Below, one piece after another: positions 25,336 through 39,480 of a DNA stretch of 64,000 bases; within the stretch, counting starts at the first letter, position 1, and every line of letters begins with the position of its first letter. The notes under the pieces were generated by a model. That model did no database searches. It saw only the letters and a list, made by a program, of their open reading frames with translations, and had not been told where the DNA came from. The stretch comes from Glaucostegus cemiculus (taxonomy: Eukaryota), in NCBI GenBank assembly GCA_976551045.1, contig CDPCPM010000060.1:3224001-3288000 (forward strand), written 5' to 3'. A program made the translations under genes and the position numbers.

Positions 25336-26874
25336 CCACAGGTAAATCAAGCGAAGTGGGAATAAGTGCAAGGTAAAACAGCAAGATGTCAGTATCTTAT
25401 TTGAAAAACTAATCAAAAGTAGTAAGTATAGTCAGGCTGTTGCCATATATCATGGTCAAAGATGGAGACCAAAGGGGTCATTCATTAAATCTGGAGGGAT
25501 AGAAACAAGATGCTAACTTCAAAGTTGACAGATAGCCCACTTGGCCTCCAAACAAAGAATGGTGGGAAAGATGGAGCAATAATCTTATACTGGTGTCATT
25601 AGTGAATGGGTCACTAACTCAAGAAGAGGGAAAGTTGGAAAAAGAACAAAATGCTGTCCATATGATTCAAGCCTGTGTTAGGAATATCTACCTAGCCAGC
25701 ATTTCCCCAAGACAATCTCACTTGAAGTGCTGAAGCTACAAGGAATGCTTGTGGTCAAAATGACTAATTTTAAAAGAGCTGGAAGAAGACCCCGCAATAA
25801 TCAGTCCCTCTCCAGTAGAGCAAAGAGAGATGAAAATTGCACTAAAAGACCTAGGTATTCTTAAATCTAATAGTACTAATAGATTTTGGAAATTAATTAG
25901 AAGACATCCATGCCCTGGCTTGGGCAAAGTACCTCAACACTGGGGCATAGCCAGGCACTATCCGAGCCAGGATATGATCCGCTCTCACCAGGAAATGCTC
26001 AAAAATATTTAAAGTTATGATTTAAACCACATTGGGAAAGAGTAACTGGGGAGCAATACTCGTGAGCCAAAAGTTTAGGAGAAATCAAAGCCAAGGTGAA
26101 TATACACTTGTAATGAATTCTCTGGAGTAGCCAACCCAGAACAATCCAGTTTCCTTAAGATGCCAAAGAAGAGACTTGGGAACTTAAGGTTGGGACAAGC
26201 AAGAACATCAAATGCTGGAAACAGTTAACACTTCAAGTCAAAGGGTCTTCAGTCCTGAATGTCAATTCTGTCTCTTTCCACAGATGCTGTGTCTGGCCTG
26301 CTAAGTGTTTTCAACAATTGTTTTTGATTTTCATTAGAAGGCCCTAGATCTCAGGATTTTAACAACTATGTAACATACAACATGCCAATTATACATTTAA
26401 AGCAGCAAAATACCCTCCATACTCAGTGGTTGTATCAAACTAGAAACATTCACCATTTAACATAGTTCTATGTTGACAATCCTCCAACTGCATCCAAAAC
26501 AGAAAGGAGTCACTGTGGAAAACCAGCCTGCATCGTACAAGCACCAAAGGCTGGATTTAAAAATTAGCCCTTGGGTAAAACTTACTGGACCATAAGAGGT
26601 CTGCTATTTGGTACAAGCGTCAGCGGTTTGCTTTTGGCAAGATCCAAGAATGGGAAAGGAAAAAGTCTTTGACTTTAAGTTTATAGTGGGTGGACTGCCT
26701 AGAGCCTAAATGAATGCAGAGCAATATATTGCCACCCAAGCCTGACAGTATTGTGATTAATCAAGCCTATCTGCAAGACAGATGTAACAGCATTAAAAGA
26801 TGATATAAAAGCTTCTAATAATAGACCATAAAGGTCAAGAGAGATGAATATTTGTGTACAGTTCCAACAAAGGG

Positions 26875-27030
26875 TTTAAAAAAAAAGCTGCTGGTGGAAC
26901 TCTGGGTTAGGCAGCATCTGTAGAAGATAGCCAATATTTTGGGTGCCTCCACAGATGCTGCCTGACAAACCAAGTTCCTCCAGCAGTTTGTCTTTTTGTT
27001 CCAGATACCAGCATCTACAGTTTGTGTCTC
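26875..27030. mobile_element. Short Penelope-derived hairpin (inverted-repeat) element
   Basis: gctgctggtggaactc..ggcagcatctgt arm and acagatgctgcctg..gttcctccagcag arm. Confidence 0.65.
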
Positions 27031-27184
27031 CAGAACAAAGGGCTATCTCCCGAGAAGCAGCAACAGCACCAATTGAAGTCAAATAGGTTTGGTCTAACCT
27101 GACCCATCTGTATAAGCACCTGCATTGAAAAAACAGTATGGTCAAGGAAAAAAATTGCAGCTGCTGTCCTGAGCCATTGTCAAA

Positions 27185-27452
27185 ACAGGCCTTTCCCATG
27201 TTACAAACACCTAATTTATGGACACCCAAACTGACTCACAAATTTGACATTATGAATGCCTTCTCTCTCACACTCCCCCACCTCTGAGCCACAACAATTA
27301 GGAGTAGGATTGAGTTGAGAGCACTGAGCAGACTTATTCACTCAGTCACCAAGGCCAGCTGGTGGCTGCTCTTCCACACAGTTTTTGTTTAGTTCCGGGT
27401 TACGAATAGTTCTCAGGAAAGGAACCCTTTTGTAAACTGAGTACTACTTGTA
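27185..27452. mobile_element. Tc1/mariner (Tigger-like) MITE remnant
   Basis: Degenerate inverted ends acaggc..cc..gttac and gtaa..gagtactacttgta. Confidence 0.4.
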
Positions 27453-29431
27453 CTACTGCTGCAAAACAAGGGTAGAGCATGTAGCATGATGCAATACCAT
27501 ATCTTCAATATCCAATATAACGCCGAGGTCCCAAGGCACCAGGTCTCTTCCCAGCCTGGTACTTATTTACGCAAGTCAGGAGTTTATAGTAATCTAGCCC
27601 ATAACAGAGTACAGAAAGCAAAATTCTTGAGACTATCACAAGGACACGTAGATGTCTTGGAAGCTACAAATTTTGATCTGAGAGTTGAGGGAAAGACTGA
27701 TATATCAGGTAAGAGATCAAGGATACACAGTCCAAGGTCCTGGTGGTATCTAGAGCAAACAAACAAGCTGCTGGAGGAAATTAGCAGGTCAAGCAACATC
27801 TGTGGAAGTAAAGATAGTTGATGTTTTGGGTCAAAACCCTGCATTAGGATAGAACAGGCTTCCTCTATAGAGCACTGATGTAGCATCACATCTTCTGTTC
27901 GCAATTAACTACTAACTGATCAGACTCCAGGAGAGATGGGGCCCTTGCTGGTTAAACTACAGTTGAGCATTGTGTTGAGAGGAGCCAATACCTCACAGAA
28001 GCTGCATTACAAAGGTCCTAGCCACCAAGATTTATTGACCAAGCCATGAAGAAAAGAATGACACTGGTACTAAATGAATGTACTAGTAACCAGGCCAAAA
28101 TGGCAAGAATGCAGTGCAACTGATGGGTAGTGGGAAGGATGCCTACTGCAGGCTTAGCCCAGATCATGAGAACCCCCGCAAGGCTCCATGGAAAATGCAT
28201 CCAAAATTCATTGGACTTGGAAAATCCCTCCTGGGTCAGAACAAGACTTAAGGGAAACAGTTACAACTGTTCATTGCTGACACTTACCTGCAAGATGAGC
28301 AGTGATTGTGGTTTCAATTGAATATCCATGTTATACACATTAGCAGCATTATACTAAAACAAATGCTGATCTGTGGACATTGAGGAATGAACAAGGATAA
28401 TGAAGTTCAGAGATAGCAACTGCATGAATTTTTTTTGCCAAAAGACAATTTCATTGAGACTGAATTACACAGCTGGGCCATCAAATTTCTCAGAATCATG
28501 GAGTGTTGCAGACTATCACACCAACTAAGGCATCAAGAAATTCCTTGACTTTTCTCTAGGTATTCATTCATGCAAAATGCCAACACACAATGCAACAGAA
28601 TCAATTTGATAACAATTCTCAGATACTCATCAGATTTCAATTAGTCACAGGTGATCCTTGTCCTGAAGATAAAAGCTTTACAATTAGGCCAAACGTTCAA
28701 TTACAAAAGAGTTAAAATCTTAAAATACTAATGGAAGGAACTTTCCAGGATATTGTGCAAGAAGGGTTCCAAAAGTTGACATCTACACAAATTATAAAGC
28801 AACAGAACTTTGTGATTTCTTAATTCTATGAATTCAGTTATGTTCCCGTGGTGCTCATTGATAGTTTTGTTTTGCGAGAACTTTATCTTTGAATTTCTGT
28901 ACAGTCACAGACAAATACCATAGTGAGACAGTGGGCATGAAAGTAGAAATAAAAGTAGTTCTTATCATTTGGCTTCAATGCCTTGTGGAGAGAGGGTAAT
29001 TTTCCTTGAGTGAACCTACCCTTCTGGTTAGCTCAAAAGCCAAAAATCATACCAAGCACTAGTATTGCCTCAACATCATCCAAACTCAGACCAGCACAAT
29101 TTTCTAGATTTCTATTATAGACAGTATATATTACAAGTCAATATAATTTTCTGCACAAAACAATCAAGTAAAAATTTATAGTCTTTGGCCAACACCTTGC
29201 ATGCTGCAATTTCAAAAGCCTCCACTTAGATTACTAGTGTGTGTCAAAGCTGGGCAACAGTCTCACTATATCACGTAATGCAATTAAAAAGGACAACAGA
29301 ATATTGGACCGACCGACCAACCAACAAAATGAACAGAAACAGTTCAAGTTTTAGAACTGAAAGTGCATCTGGTCAAAAGGATCACTTATGAATTTCTTGG
29401 CTTCACTTCAGAATGACTAACTGCTTACCTG

Positions 29432-32400
29432 ATAGAACATGAAAACCTACAGTACAATTCAGGCCCTTTGGCCCACAAACCTGTGCTGAACATGTTCCTA
29501 CTTTAGAAATTAGAGGCTTACCCATAGCCCTCTATTTTTCTCAGTTCCATGTACCAATCTAAAAGTCTCTTAAAAGACCCTATCGTATCCACCTCCACCA
29601 CTGTTGCCGGCAGCCCATTCCACGCACTTACTACTCTGAGTAAAAAACTTACCCCTGACATCTCCTCTGTACCTACTCCCCAGCACCTTAAACCTATGTC
29701 CTCTTGTGGCAACCATTTCAGCCCTGGGGAAAAGCCTCTGACTATCTACCCGATCAATGCCTCTCATCATTTTATATACCTCTGTCAGGTTCCCCCTCAT
29801 CCTCCGTCGCTCCAAGGAGAAAAGGCCGAGTTCCCTCAACCTGCTTTCATAAGGCTTGCTCCGCATTCAAGGCAGCATCCTTGTAAATCTCCTCTGCACC
29901 CTTTCTATGGCTTCCACATCCTTCCTGTAGGGAGGAGACCAGAACTGAGCACAGTACTCCAAGTGGGGTCTGACCAGGGTCCTATATCGCTGTAACAATA
30001 CCTCTTAGCTCCTAAATTCAATTCTACAATTGATGAAGGACAATACACCATATGCCTTCTTAACCAGAGCCAACCTGCGCAGCTGCTTTGAGCATCCTAT
30101 GGACTATGACCCCAAGATCCCTCTGATCCTCCACACTGCCAAGAGTCCTACCATTAATACTACATTCTACCATCATATTTGACCTGCCAAAATGAACCAC
30201 TTCACATTTATCTGGGTTGAACTGCATCTGCCACTTCTCAGCCCAACTTTGCATCCTATCTATGTCCTGCTGTAACCTATGACAGCCCTCTATACTATCC
30301 ACAACACCTCCAACCTTTGCGTCATCTGCAAACTTACTAACCCATCCCTCCACTTCCTCATCCAGGTTGTTTATAAAAATCACACAGAGTAAGGGTCCCA
30401 GAACAGATCCCTGAGGTACACCACTGGTTGCCAACCTCCATGCAGAATATGACCCTTCAACAACCACTCTGCCTTCTGCGGGCCAGCCAGTTCTGGATCC
30501 ACACTGCAATGTCCCCTTGGATCCCATGCCTCCTTACTTTCTCAATAAGCCTTGCATGGGGTACCTTATCAAATGCCTCGCTGAAATCCATATACACTAC
30601 ATCTACTGCTCTTCCTTCATCAATGTGTTGAGTCACATCCTCAAAAAATTCAATCAGGCTTGTAATGCAAGACCTGCCCTTGACAAAGCCATACTGACTA
30701 TTCCTAATCATATTATACCTCTCCAAATGTTCATAAATCCTGCCACTTAGGATTTTCTCCATCAGCTTACCAACCACTAAGGTAAGACTCACTGGTCTAT
30801 AATTTCCTGGGCTATCTCTACTCCCTTTCTCGAATAAGGGAACAACTTCTGGAACCTCTCCCATCTCCATTGATGATGCAAAGATCATCACCAGATGGTC
30901 CGCAATCTCCTCCTTTGTCTCCCACAGCTGCCTAGGTACATCTCATCCGGTCCTGGTGACTCAAACAACTTGATACTTTCCAAAAGTTTCAGCACCTCCT
31001 CTTTCCTAATATCTACATGGGCAAGCTTTTCAGCCTGCTGCAAGTTTTCACTGCAATCACCCAGATCACTTTACGTAATGAATACTTTACATTAGTATTC
31101 ATTAAGTACTTCTGCTATTTCTTCCGAATCCATACACACTTTCCCACTGCTGCACTTGATAGGCCCTATTCTTCTGCATCTTATCCTCTTGCTCTTCACA
31201 TACATGTAGAATGTCTTGGGGTTTTCCTTAATCCTGCCCACCAAGGCTTCTCATGTCCCCTTCGGACTCTCCTAATTTCCTTCTTAAGCTCCTTCCTGTT
31301 AGTCTTATACTCTTCCAGATCTCTAACATTACCTAGCTCTCTGTACCTTTTGTAGGCTTTTCTTTTTCTTTTGACTAGATTTATTATAGCCTTTGTACAC
31401 CAGGGTTCCTGTATCCTCTTGTGACTCCCGTCTCATTGGGACATGCCTATGCAGAACTCCACACAAATATCCCCTGAATATTTGCCGCATTTCTTCCGTA
31501 CTTCTCCCTGAGAACAATTGTTCCCAATTTAAGCTTTAATTTCCTGCTTGAGAGCCTCATAATTCCCTTTACTCCAAGTAAACGCCTTTCTAGTCTTTCT
31601 GTTCCTATCTCTCTCCAATGCTATTGTAAAGAAGATAGAATTATGATCACTATCTCCAAAATGTTCTCCCACTGAGAGATCTGACACCTGACCAGGTTCA
31701 TTTCCCAATACCAAATCAAGCAGTTTCTCCTCTTGTAGGCTTATCTACGTATTGTGTCAAGAGTCCTTCACGAACACACTTAAACTCCACCCCATCTAAA
31801 CCCCTCACTGTATGGGATCCCAATCGATGTTTTGGAAATTAAAATCTCCCATCACAACAACTGTTATCATCACACCTTTCTAGGATCTGCTTCCCTACCT
31901 GCTCCTTTATATCCGTTACTATTGGGCAGCCTATAAAAAATACACAAAGTTATTGATCGACCCCTTCCTGTTCCTAACCTCCACCCACAAAGACTTCGTA
32001 CACAGTCCCTCCATGACGTCCACCTTTTCTGCAGCTGTGACACTTTCTCTGATCAGCAGTGCCACCCCCACATCTTTTGCATCCCTCCCTGTCCTTTCTG
32101 AAACATCTAAAACCCGGCACTTGAAGTAACCATTCCAGTCCCTGAGCCATACAAGTCTCACCGCATTGTAGCTCCAAGTATTTATCCAAGCTCTAAGCTC
32201 ATCTGCCTTGTTCACAATACTCCTTGCATTAAAATAGACACATCTCAAACCGTCTGAGCATGTCCCTTCTCTATAACCTACCTATCCTCCGTCTCGTATC
32301 TACTACAAACTTTCTCTATTTGAGAGCCAAACACCTCTTCCCCAGTCTCTCTAGTTTAGATCCCACCCCCCAACAATTCTAGTTTAAACTCATCCCAGTA

Positions 32401-32445
32401 GCCTTAGCAAACCTCCCCACCAGGATATTGTTCCCCTTGTTGCAC
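29432..32445 (-). mobile_element. CR1 LINE, about 3 kb: end of ORF1 plus disrupted ORF2 (APE endonuclease and RT)
   Basis: CVYFNARSIVNK (EN), GDSDHNSI, PGNYRPVSLT, YMDFSEAFDKVPH, SGVPQGSVLGP, KFADD; frameshifts; CR1 tail at 29432. Confidence 0.95.
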
Positions 32446-32813
32446 TTGAATCCCAGGGGGACCAATATCCTGATTTTTAATTGCTTTCTGCAACCCTACC
32501 CACATGAGCACTTATCACTGTCATTCAGTTGTCCCATCCTTCCAATTTAATGCAGTGCTTTAGACCATAATTCTCTCTGGAGTACAAATAGCATGGTGGT
32601 TAGATTACTGGTCTAAGGTCCAAAGGTCTGGACCACTGATCCAGAGACATCTCCATTCCTGGGAGGGCTAAACTTTTTTTTTGATTCATTCACTTATCTC
32701 AAAGCAAAAGCTTAGAGAATATCACTAAAATCAAACTATTTCAAAATTAGGCAATTCAGCCCCTGGGCCTATGATGATCTGTCCTACCACTTTGTATCCT
32801 CTCATATGTATTA

Positions 32814-32981
<168 letters not shown>

Positions 32982-33069
32982 TTAAAAAAAAGTTACCTTC
33001 ATTACATATCTTATCGGCAATTCTTTGAATAAGTTTAAGATCATTTATCAAAACTGGGTTAGTAGATAG

Positions 33070-35528
33070 AATTACGTTATTGTAGCCATTACGGAAAGTT
33101 GGTTCAGAGAAGTGCAGAACTGGCAGCTCAACATTCCAGGGTACAGATGTTTCAGACGTGACAGTTGGGGGTGTAAAAGGAGTGGGGGAATTGCATTACA
33201 GATTAGGGAGACTGTCAGTGCGCACCAAGAGAAGATATCTTGGAGGGCTCATCCAGCAAGGCTCTATCTCAGGAATAAGATAATCACTATAATGGGATTA
33301 TATTGTGGGCGTCCTAATAGCCAATGGGAGCTAGAATAACAAATATACAGGCAAATCATGAAAAGATGCAATAACAACCAGGTGTTGGTGATATTGACTG
33401 GGACTCTTAATGCTGGGGCTTAAATGGGGCAGAATTTGTTAGAGGCATCCAGGATGGTTTCTTCAAACAGTATGTAGATAGTCCATCTAGGGATGGGGCC
33501 GTATGAGACCTTGTATGAGCCTAGTCAGGTGATCAAAGTTAAGTGGGGAGCATTCTGAGAACGCTAACCATAATTCTGTAACACTTGAGATAGGATAAGA
33601 TTGGTCCTGAGGTGAAAGTTATAAATTGGGGGAAAGCAAATTAAAACAGTATTATGTAAGAACTGTAGAAAGTAGACCAGGAGTAGCTGTTCTAGGGTAA
33701 ATCCACATCTGACATATGTGGGAGTCTTTTAAAGGCCAGTTGATTATAGAGTTCAGGACCAGCATGTTCCTGTGAGGATGAAATAGGAGGATGGAAAAGT
33801 TTGGGAACCTTGGATGACAAGAGATACTGTAAGAGAGTAGCTAGGGACAGGGTAGGTCCACTCAAGGACATAGAAAGAAATTTATGCGTGGAGCCATAGG
33901 AAATGGGCAAGGTTCTTAATGAGTACTTCACATCAAGTAGAAGGACATGGATAATGGTGAGATTAAGGAGTATGTTTAAATTCTAGGTCCTGTTAGGAGT
34001 CTTAAAAAACGTTAAGATGGCAAGTCTCCACGGCCTGATGAAACATATCCCATGATACTGATGGAAGCAAGGAAGGAGAACTCTGGTGTCTTGACAGAGA
34101 TCTATGTATCCTCTTCAGCCACAGGCAAGGTCCAGAAGATTAGCGGTGGCCAATATTGTTTCTTTGTTCAAGGCCAACGGGGACAAGCAAGGAAATTATA
34201 GGCCAGTAAGCATTACATCAGTGATAGAGAAATTACTGGAGAAGATTCTTTAGGACAGGGTTTATTCATACTTGGAAAAACACAGGTTTATTAGGTATAG
34301 TTAGCATGAATTTGTGTGGGAGAGGTCCTCCTGTCTCACAAATTTGATTGAGTATTTTGAGGAAGCGATGAACATGACTGAAGAGGGTAGGGCAGTGGAT
34401 GTTGTCTATATGAACTTCAGTAAAGCATTTGACAAGATCCCTATGGTAGGCTGATCCAGAAGATAAAGCCATGTGGGATCCATGGCAAATTGGATTGAAA
34501 ATTGACTTGATCATAGCAGAGGGTAGTGGTAGGGGAGTATTTTTCTGATCAGAGGTCTGTGACCTGTGATGTTCCACAAGCATCAGTACTGGAACCTCTT
34601 GTCTACAATATATTAATGATTTGAATTAAAATGTAGGAGTTCTGATTAGCAAGTTTGTAGATGACATGAAAGTTGGAGGAGTTGTGGATAGTTATAAGAT
34701 AGCCAACAACATAGCAAAGATACAGCTCTGTTGGAAATCTGGGCAGAGAAATGGCAGATGGAGTTCAATCTAGAAGTGTGAGATTTTACATACTGGGAGG
34801 TCAAAAGGGGAAAGTTTACAGTAAATAGTAGGACCCTTAGGAGCATTAAGATACAGAGGAATCTTGCGGTGCAAGTCCAAATCTCCCTAAAAGCAGCAAT
34901 ACCAATGTAGTAAAGAAAAAAAGGCATATGGCCTGCTTGCCTTCATTGGTTGGGGTGTTGAGTATAGAAGTCAGGAAGTCACGTTTTAGCTTTATGAAGC
35001 TTTAGTAAGGCCACATTTAGAATATTGTGTTAAGTTTTGATCACCACACTATGGGAAGGATGTGGAAGCTTTGGAGAGGATTCAGGAGAGATTCACCAGG
35101 ACGTTGCCTGGATTGGGGAAATTGGACAAACTTAGATTGTTTTCTCTGGAGTGTCAGAGGCTGAGGGACAATTTGATGGAAATACATAAAATTACGAGAG
35201 GCAAAGATCATGTAGATGGTCAGAGTCTTTTCCCAGGGTGGAAATATCAAATACTAGGAGGGGCATAGGTTTAAGGTTGGAGTGGGAAAGTTTAAAGGAG
35301 ATTTGTGAGGGAAGATTTTATTTCTGTTTTATACACAGCGTGTTAGGTGCCTGGAATGTGCTGCCAGGGGAGCTGGTAATAAGCAGATTTGATAGCAATG
35401 TTTAAGACACATTTTGACACATGAACAGGCAGGAAATAGAGGGATATGGACCATGCAGGCAGATGGGATTAGCTAATTTGGCTTCATGGTCAGCCAAAGG
35501 GCCTATTCCTGTGCTGCTATGTTCCATA
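33070..35528 (+). mobile_element. CR1 LINE, degenerate ORF2
   Basis: WQLNIPGYRCFRRD (EN), aattataggccagtaagc (NYRPVS), FSKAFDK, ALERIQERFTRTLPGL; CR1 tail. Confidence 0.92.
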
Positions 35529-36051
35529 ACTGTTACAAAAAAGTTCAATCAATAAAATACACAACCATTGTCTTTATCTTGACTTTTCTTTCATTGCCAT
35601 TAGATGATTTTAAAGCTAATATTTAAGAAGCATTCAAGCCAGGGATATGCATTGGCACACTTTCTTTAAAAAAAATTATTTTCAAAATACCTTGTACAAT
35701 TTCTGAACTGTCATATCCATGATACAAGTCTCATTGGTAACCACATTAATATTTTTAAATTATGGCAAGTATGTTAATATCTGGAATATTTGTGAACTCA
35801 TCTAAGTAAAAGCACATGCACCCGACATCATAAACAAAGGCAAATTCAGAGCATTTACAGTAGCCAGAAGACTGAGTACTTTTTCCCTGACACCATCATG
35901 AAATTGCACTCCAGGTATCATCCTTGTAAAGCCTCACTAGACCATGCTAATGCCTCCATTTCCCTTTTACAACATGGCAACCAGAACATTATAAACTGAT
36001 AGAGGTTGAGCATTACTACTTTATTTTGCATTGGAATATTCTACAAGTAAA

Positions 36052-37685
36052 AGACCATAAGACATGGGAGCAGAATTAGGCCATTCAGCTCACTGAGTTG
36101 GCTCTGCCATTTGATTATGACTGATTTATTTTTCCCTCTCAACCTCATTCTCCTGCCTTCTCCCTGTAACCTTTGACACCCTTACTAATCAAGAACCTAT
36201 CAACCTCTGCTTTAAATATACCCAATGACTTGGCCTCCACAGCCGTCTGTGGCAATGAATTTCACAGATTTACCGCCTTCTGGCTAAAGAAATTCCTCAT
36301 CTCTGTTCTAAAGGAAATCCTATTCTGAGGCTGTGCCCTCTGGTCCCAGACTCTCCCACTATTGGAAACATCCTCTTCATATCTACTCTATCCAGGCCTT
36401 TCAATATTCAGTAGGTTTCAATGAGATTCCCCCTCATCCTCCTAAACTCCAGTTGAGTACAGGCTCAGAGCCATCAAATATACATTAACCCTTTCATTTT
36501 CAGGATCATTCTTGTAAACCTCCTCTGGACCCTCTCTAATGCTAGCACATCAACCTTATATATGGGTCCAAAACTGCTCACAATCCTCGAAATGTGGTCT
36601 GACCAATGCCTTACAAAGCCTGAGCATTACATCCTTGCTTTTATATTGTAGTCTTCTTGAAATGAATGCTAACATTGCATTTGCCTTCCTTACTACTGAC
36701 TCAACCCGCAAGTTAACCTTTAGGGAATCCTGCACTAGGACTCCCAAGTCCCTTTGCACCTCCAATTTCTGAATTCACTCCCCATTTAGAAAACACTGTA
36801 TGCCTTTATTCCTTCTACCAAAGTGCATGACCATACATTTCCCTACACTTCTTTGCTCATTCTCCCAACCTGTCCAAGTCCTTTTACAGGCTCCCTGCTT
36901 CCTCAACACTACCTGCCCCTCACCTATCTTTGTATCAGCTGCATACTTGGCCACAAAGCCATCAATTCCGTCATCAAGATCATTAACATATAACGTGAAA
37001 AGTAACAGACTTTGTGTAACAGACTTCGACCCTGTGGAACATCACTAGTCACTGGCAGCCAACCAGAAAAGGCACCCTTTATTTCCATTCTTTGCCTTCT
37101 GCCAGTCAGCCAATCTTCTATCCATGCAAGTACCTTTCCTGTAATACCATGGAATCCTATCTTGTTTAGCAGCCTCATGTGTGGCATCTTATCAAAGGCC
37201 TTCTGAAAATTCAAGTAAACAACATCCACTGACTCTCCTTTGTCTATCCTGCCTATTACTTCCTCAAAGAATTCCAACAGGTTTGTCAGGCAAGATCTCC
37301 CCTTAAGGAAACCATGCTGACTTCAGCCTATTGTATCAAGTGCTTCCAAGTACCCAGAAACTTCATCTTTAATAATGGACTCTAACATCTTACCAACCAT
37401 TGAAGTCAGGCTAACTGGCCTATAATTTCCTGTTTTTTGCCTCCCTCCCTTCTTATAGAGTGGAATGACATTTGCAGTTTTCAAGTCCTCCAGAACTACT
37501 CCTGAGTCTAGTGATTCTTGAAAGATCACTACTAGTGCCTCCAGATTGTGTTCAGCTACCTCTTTCAGAACCCTGGGATGTCCCAGTGACTTATCTACCT
37601 TTAGACCTTTCAGCTTCCCAAACACCTTCTTCTTAGTAATAGATACTACAATCACTTCTGCCCACTGACTCATTCGAATTTCTGG
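36052..37685 (-). mobile_element. CR1 LINE, 5'-truncated (RT region and tail)
   Basis: GNYRPVSLTS, VDVVYLNFQKAFDKMPH, LVRPHFEDCEQFW. Confidence 0.92.
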
Positions 37686-38194
37686 CAAAAAGAGGAGGGG
37701 GGAAAAGAGAGAGCAAGAGAAGAGATAAAATCTTGCTGCTAGAATTTCCCCCCCACTAAATGAAAATGGAAATTTCTTGTGTTTTATATTATCCAATTCA
37801 AATAAAACTTGGTAGGATTGGTGTCCTCAATCTCTAATAACTTAGATATGGGATGCATTATTAAAAGGATTTTTGAAAAATGTGCAATATGTTTCAATTC
37901 ACTCTCAAATGTGTCCTTTGTTAGTTAAGTCCATTGTCACAAATACAATTGCATAACTTGATTATGCATCAATGATGGGATGCTTTGCAAGATACTTTTG
38001 TATAACAATTGATAAATTCAAATACACAACCAAGCATTCAAAATAACTGGGAACACCAGGGGGAGGCGAAGTTAAATTGCTCAGTGTCATTAACAACTCT
38101 GCACACCAGTTCCATTACAGACACTGTAACCCCCAATTCTAACCCCATACTTCAGTGTCTGCAGCAGTAATTCAAAAGGTAGCTTTTTGCTCAC

Positions 38195-38255
38195 CCGTTC
38201 TGAAGAGCGAGGTTGACTTGTGGTCACCTGGATGTGCACGTCCACTGTGATCTTT
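38195..38255 (-). CDS. C11orf58: C11orf58 exon 3, KDHSGRAHPGDHKSTSLFRT
   Basis: Acceptor ttcttttctctag and donor G|gtgagc; 61 nt, phase 0/1. Resembles [20 protein letters not shown]. Confidence 0.92.
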
Positions 38256-38580
38256 CTAGAGAAAAGAATTGTTCTGTCAAAATTTGGGGAGAATATCAAA
38301 CAGAGCTTTCACAGTGCAGGAACAAACTTAGAATTCATTATTGCATTTCTTACTGTATACAGTAAATATACATTTCACAAAGCAATTAAAAACTACCATC
38401 AAATTACAGTACTCAATTAGCCTCATGGAAAAGTTACTGACTATTGCAGTGTGTCTTTAAGGCAATGTTTTCTTAAAAATCAAACAGACATTTGCTGTAT
38501 GCAAGTTGCGACAGACACTGACCACCTGGTTCCATCAGCAGCTTCTGAAACTCAATTAAAGCAGATACCAATAGTCAGAT

Positions 38581-39480
38581 GGAGACACAAAGAGACTGCA
38601 GATGCTGAAATCTAGAGCAAAAAACAAACTGCTGGAGAAACTCAGCAATTCAGGCAGCAGCTGTAGAGGGATACAGACATTCAATGTTTTGGGTCAAGAC
38701 CCTTCATCTGGATTGAAAAGAGTAGAGGGAAGATGGCCAGTATAAAGTGAGGGGAAATGGTGGGGCAAGAGTTGGCAAGTGATGTGCATTTGGGTGAGGA
38801 GGGGTGGTTTGCAACTGGAGGAGGGAAAGGTGGAAATAGCAACAGATCAAACGCAGCCTAGGCCACTGCTTTGCTGAGCACCTACACTCCGTCCACTATG
38901 GCCATCTGGAGCTACAAGTTGCAATCCATTTTAATTCCCCTCCCCATTCCCGCACCAACTGGACTGTCTTCTGCCTCCTCCACTGCCAGAGTGAGTCCAA
39001 ATACAAATTAGAGGACAGCACTTAATTTTCCACCTGGGTGGTCTACAAGTCAACTTCAGGAATACTGAATTCTCCAATTTCAGGTAACCTGCTACCCCTC
39101 TGTCCATTTCTCTCTCCTGATCTACTCAGGTCCTCCTACGCACCTCCAACGATCTTTCCCCTCCCCAACTTATTCTACTATCTGCCCATCATTTGCACAC
39201 TCCTCCCATTGGGTCCCTGTCTCCCTTATTTGGTACCATGTTTCATCTTCCTTTCTTTATCAGATTGCATCTGCAGCCCTTTGTTGACTCTATCACCACT
39301 CTTCCATCTCCCCATATGCCAGTCACCCCTTCTCAGTTGGATCTACCCATCACTTGCCAGCTCTTGCCCCACCCCTCACCTCTTTATCAGTCCAGATGAA
39401 GGATCTCAACTCAAAACGTTCCCTCTACAGACACTGCCTGACAGATGCTGTGTTCCTCCAAGGATTTGTTTTTTTTTCTA
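38581..39480 (+). mobile_element. Penelope-like element remnant: GIY-YIG endonuclease fragment between inverted pLTRs
   Basis: KRSLGHCFAEHL..HFNSP..LLHCQSESKYKLE..HLIFHLG (38848-39040); termini 38581-38712 and 39390-39478 are inverted copies. Confidence 0.75.

Noticed and set aside
29432-32445. Intact autonomous CR1
   Set aside because: ORF2 is broken by several frameshifts and deletions, and most of ORF1 and the 5'UTR are missing.
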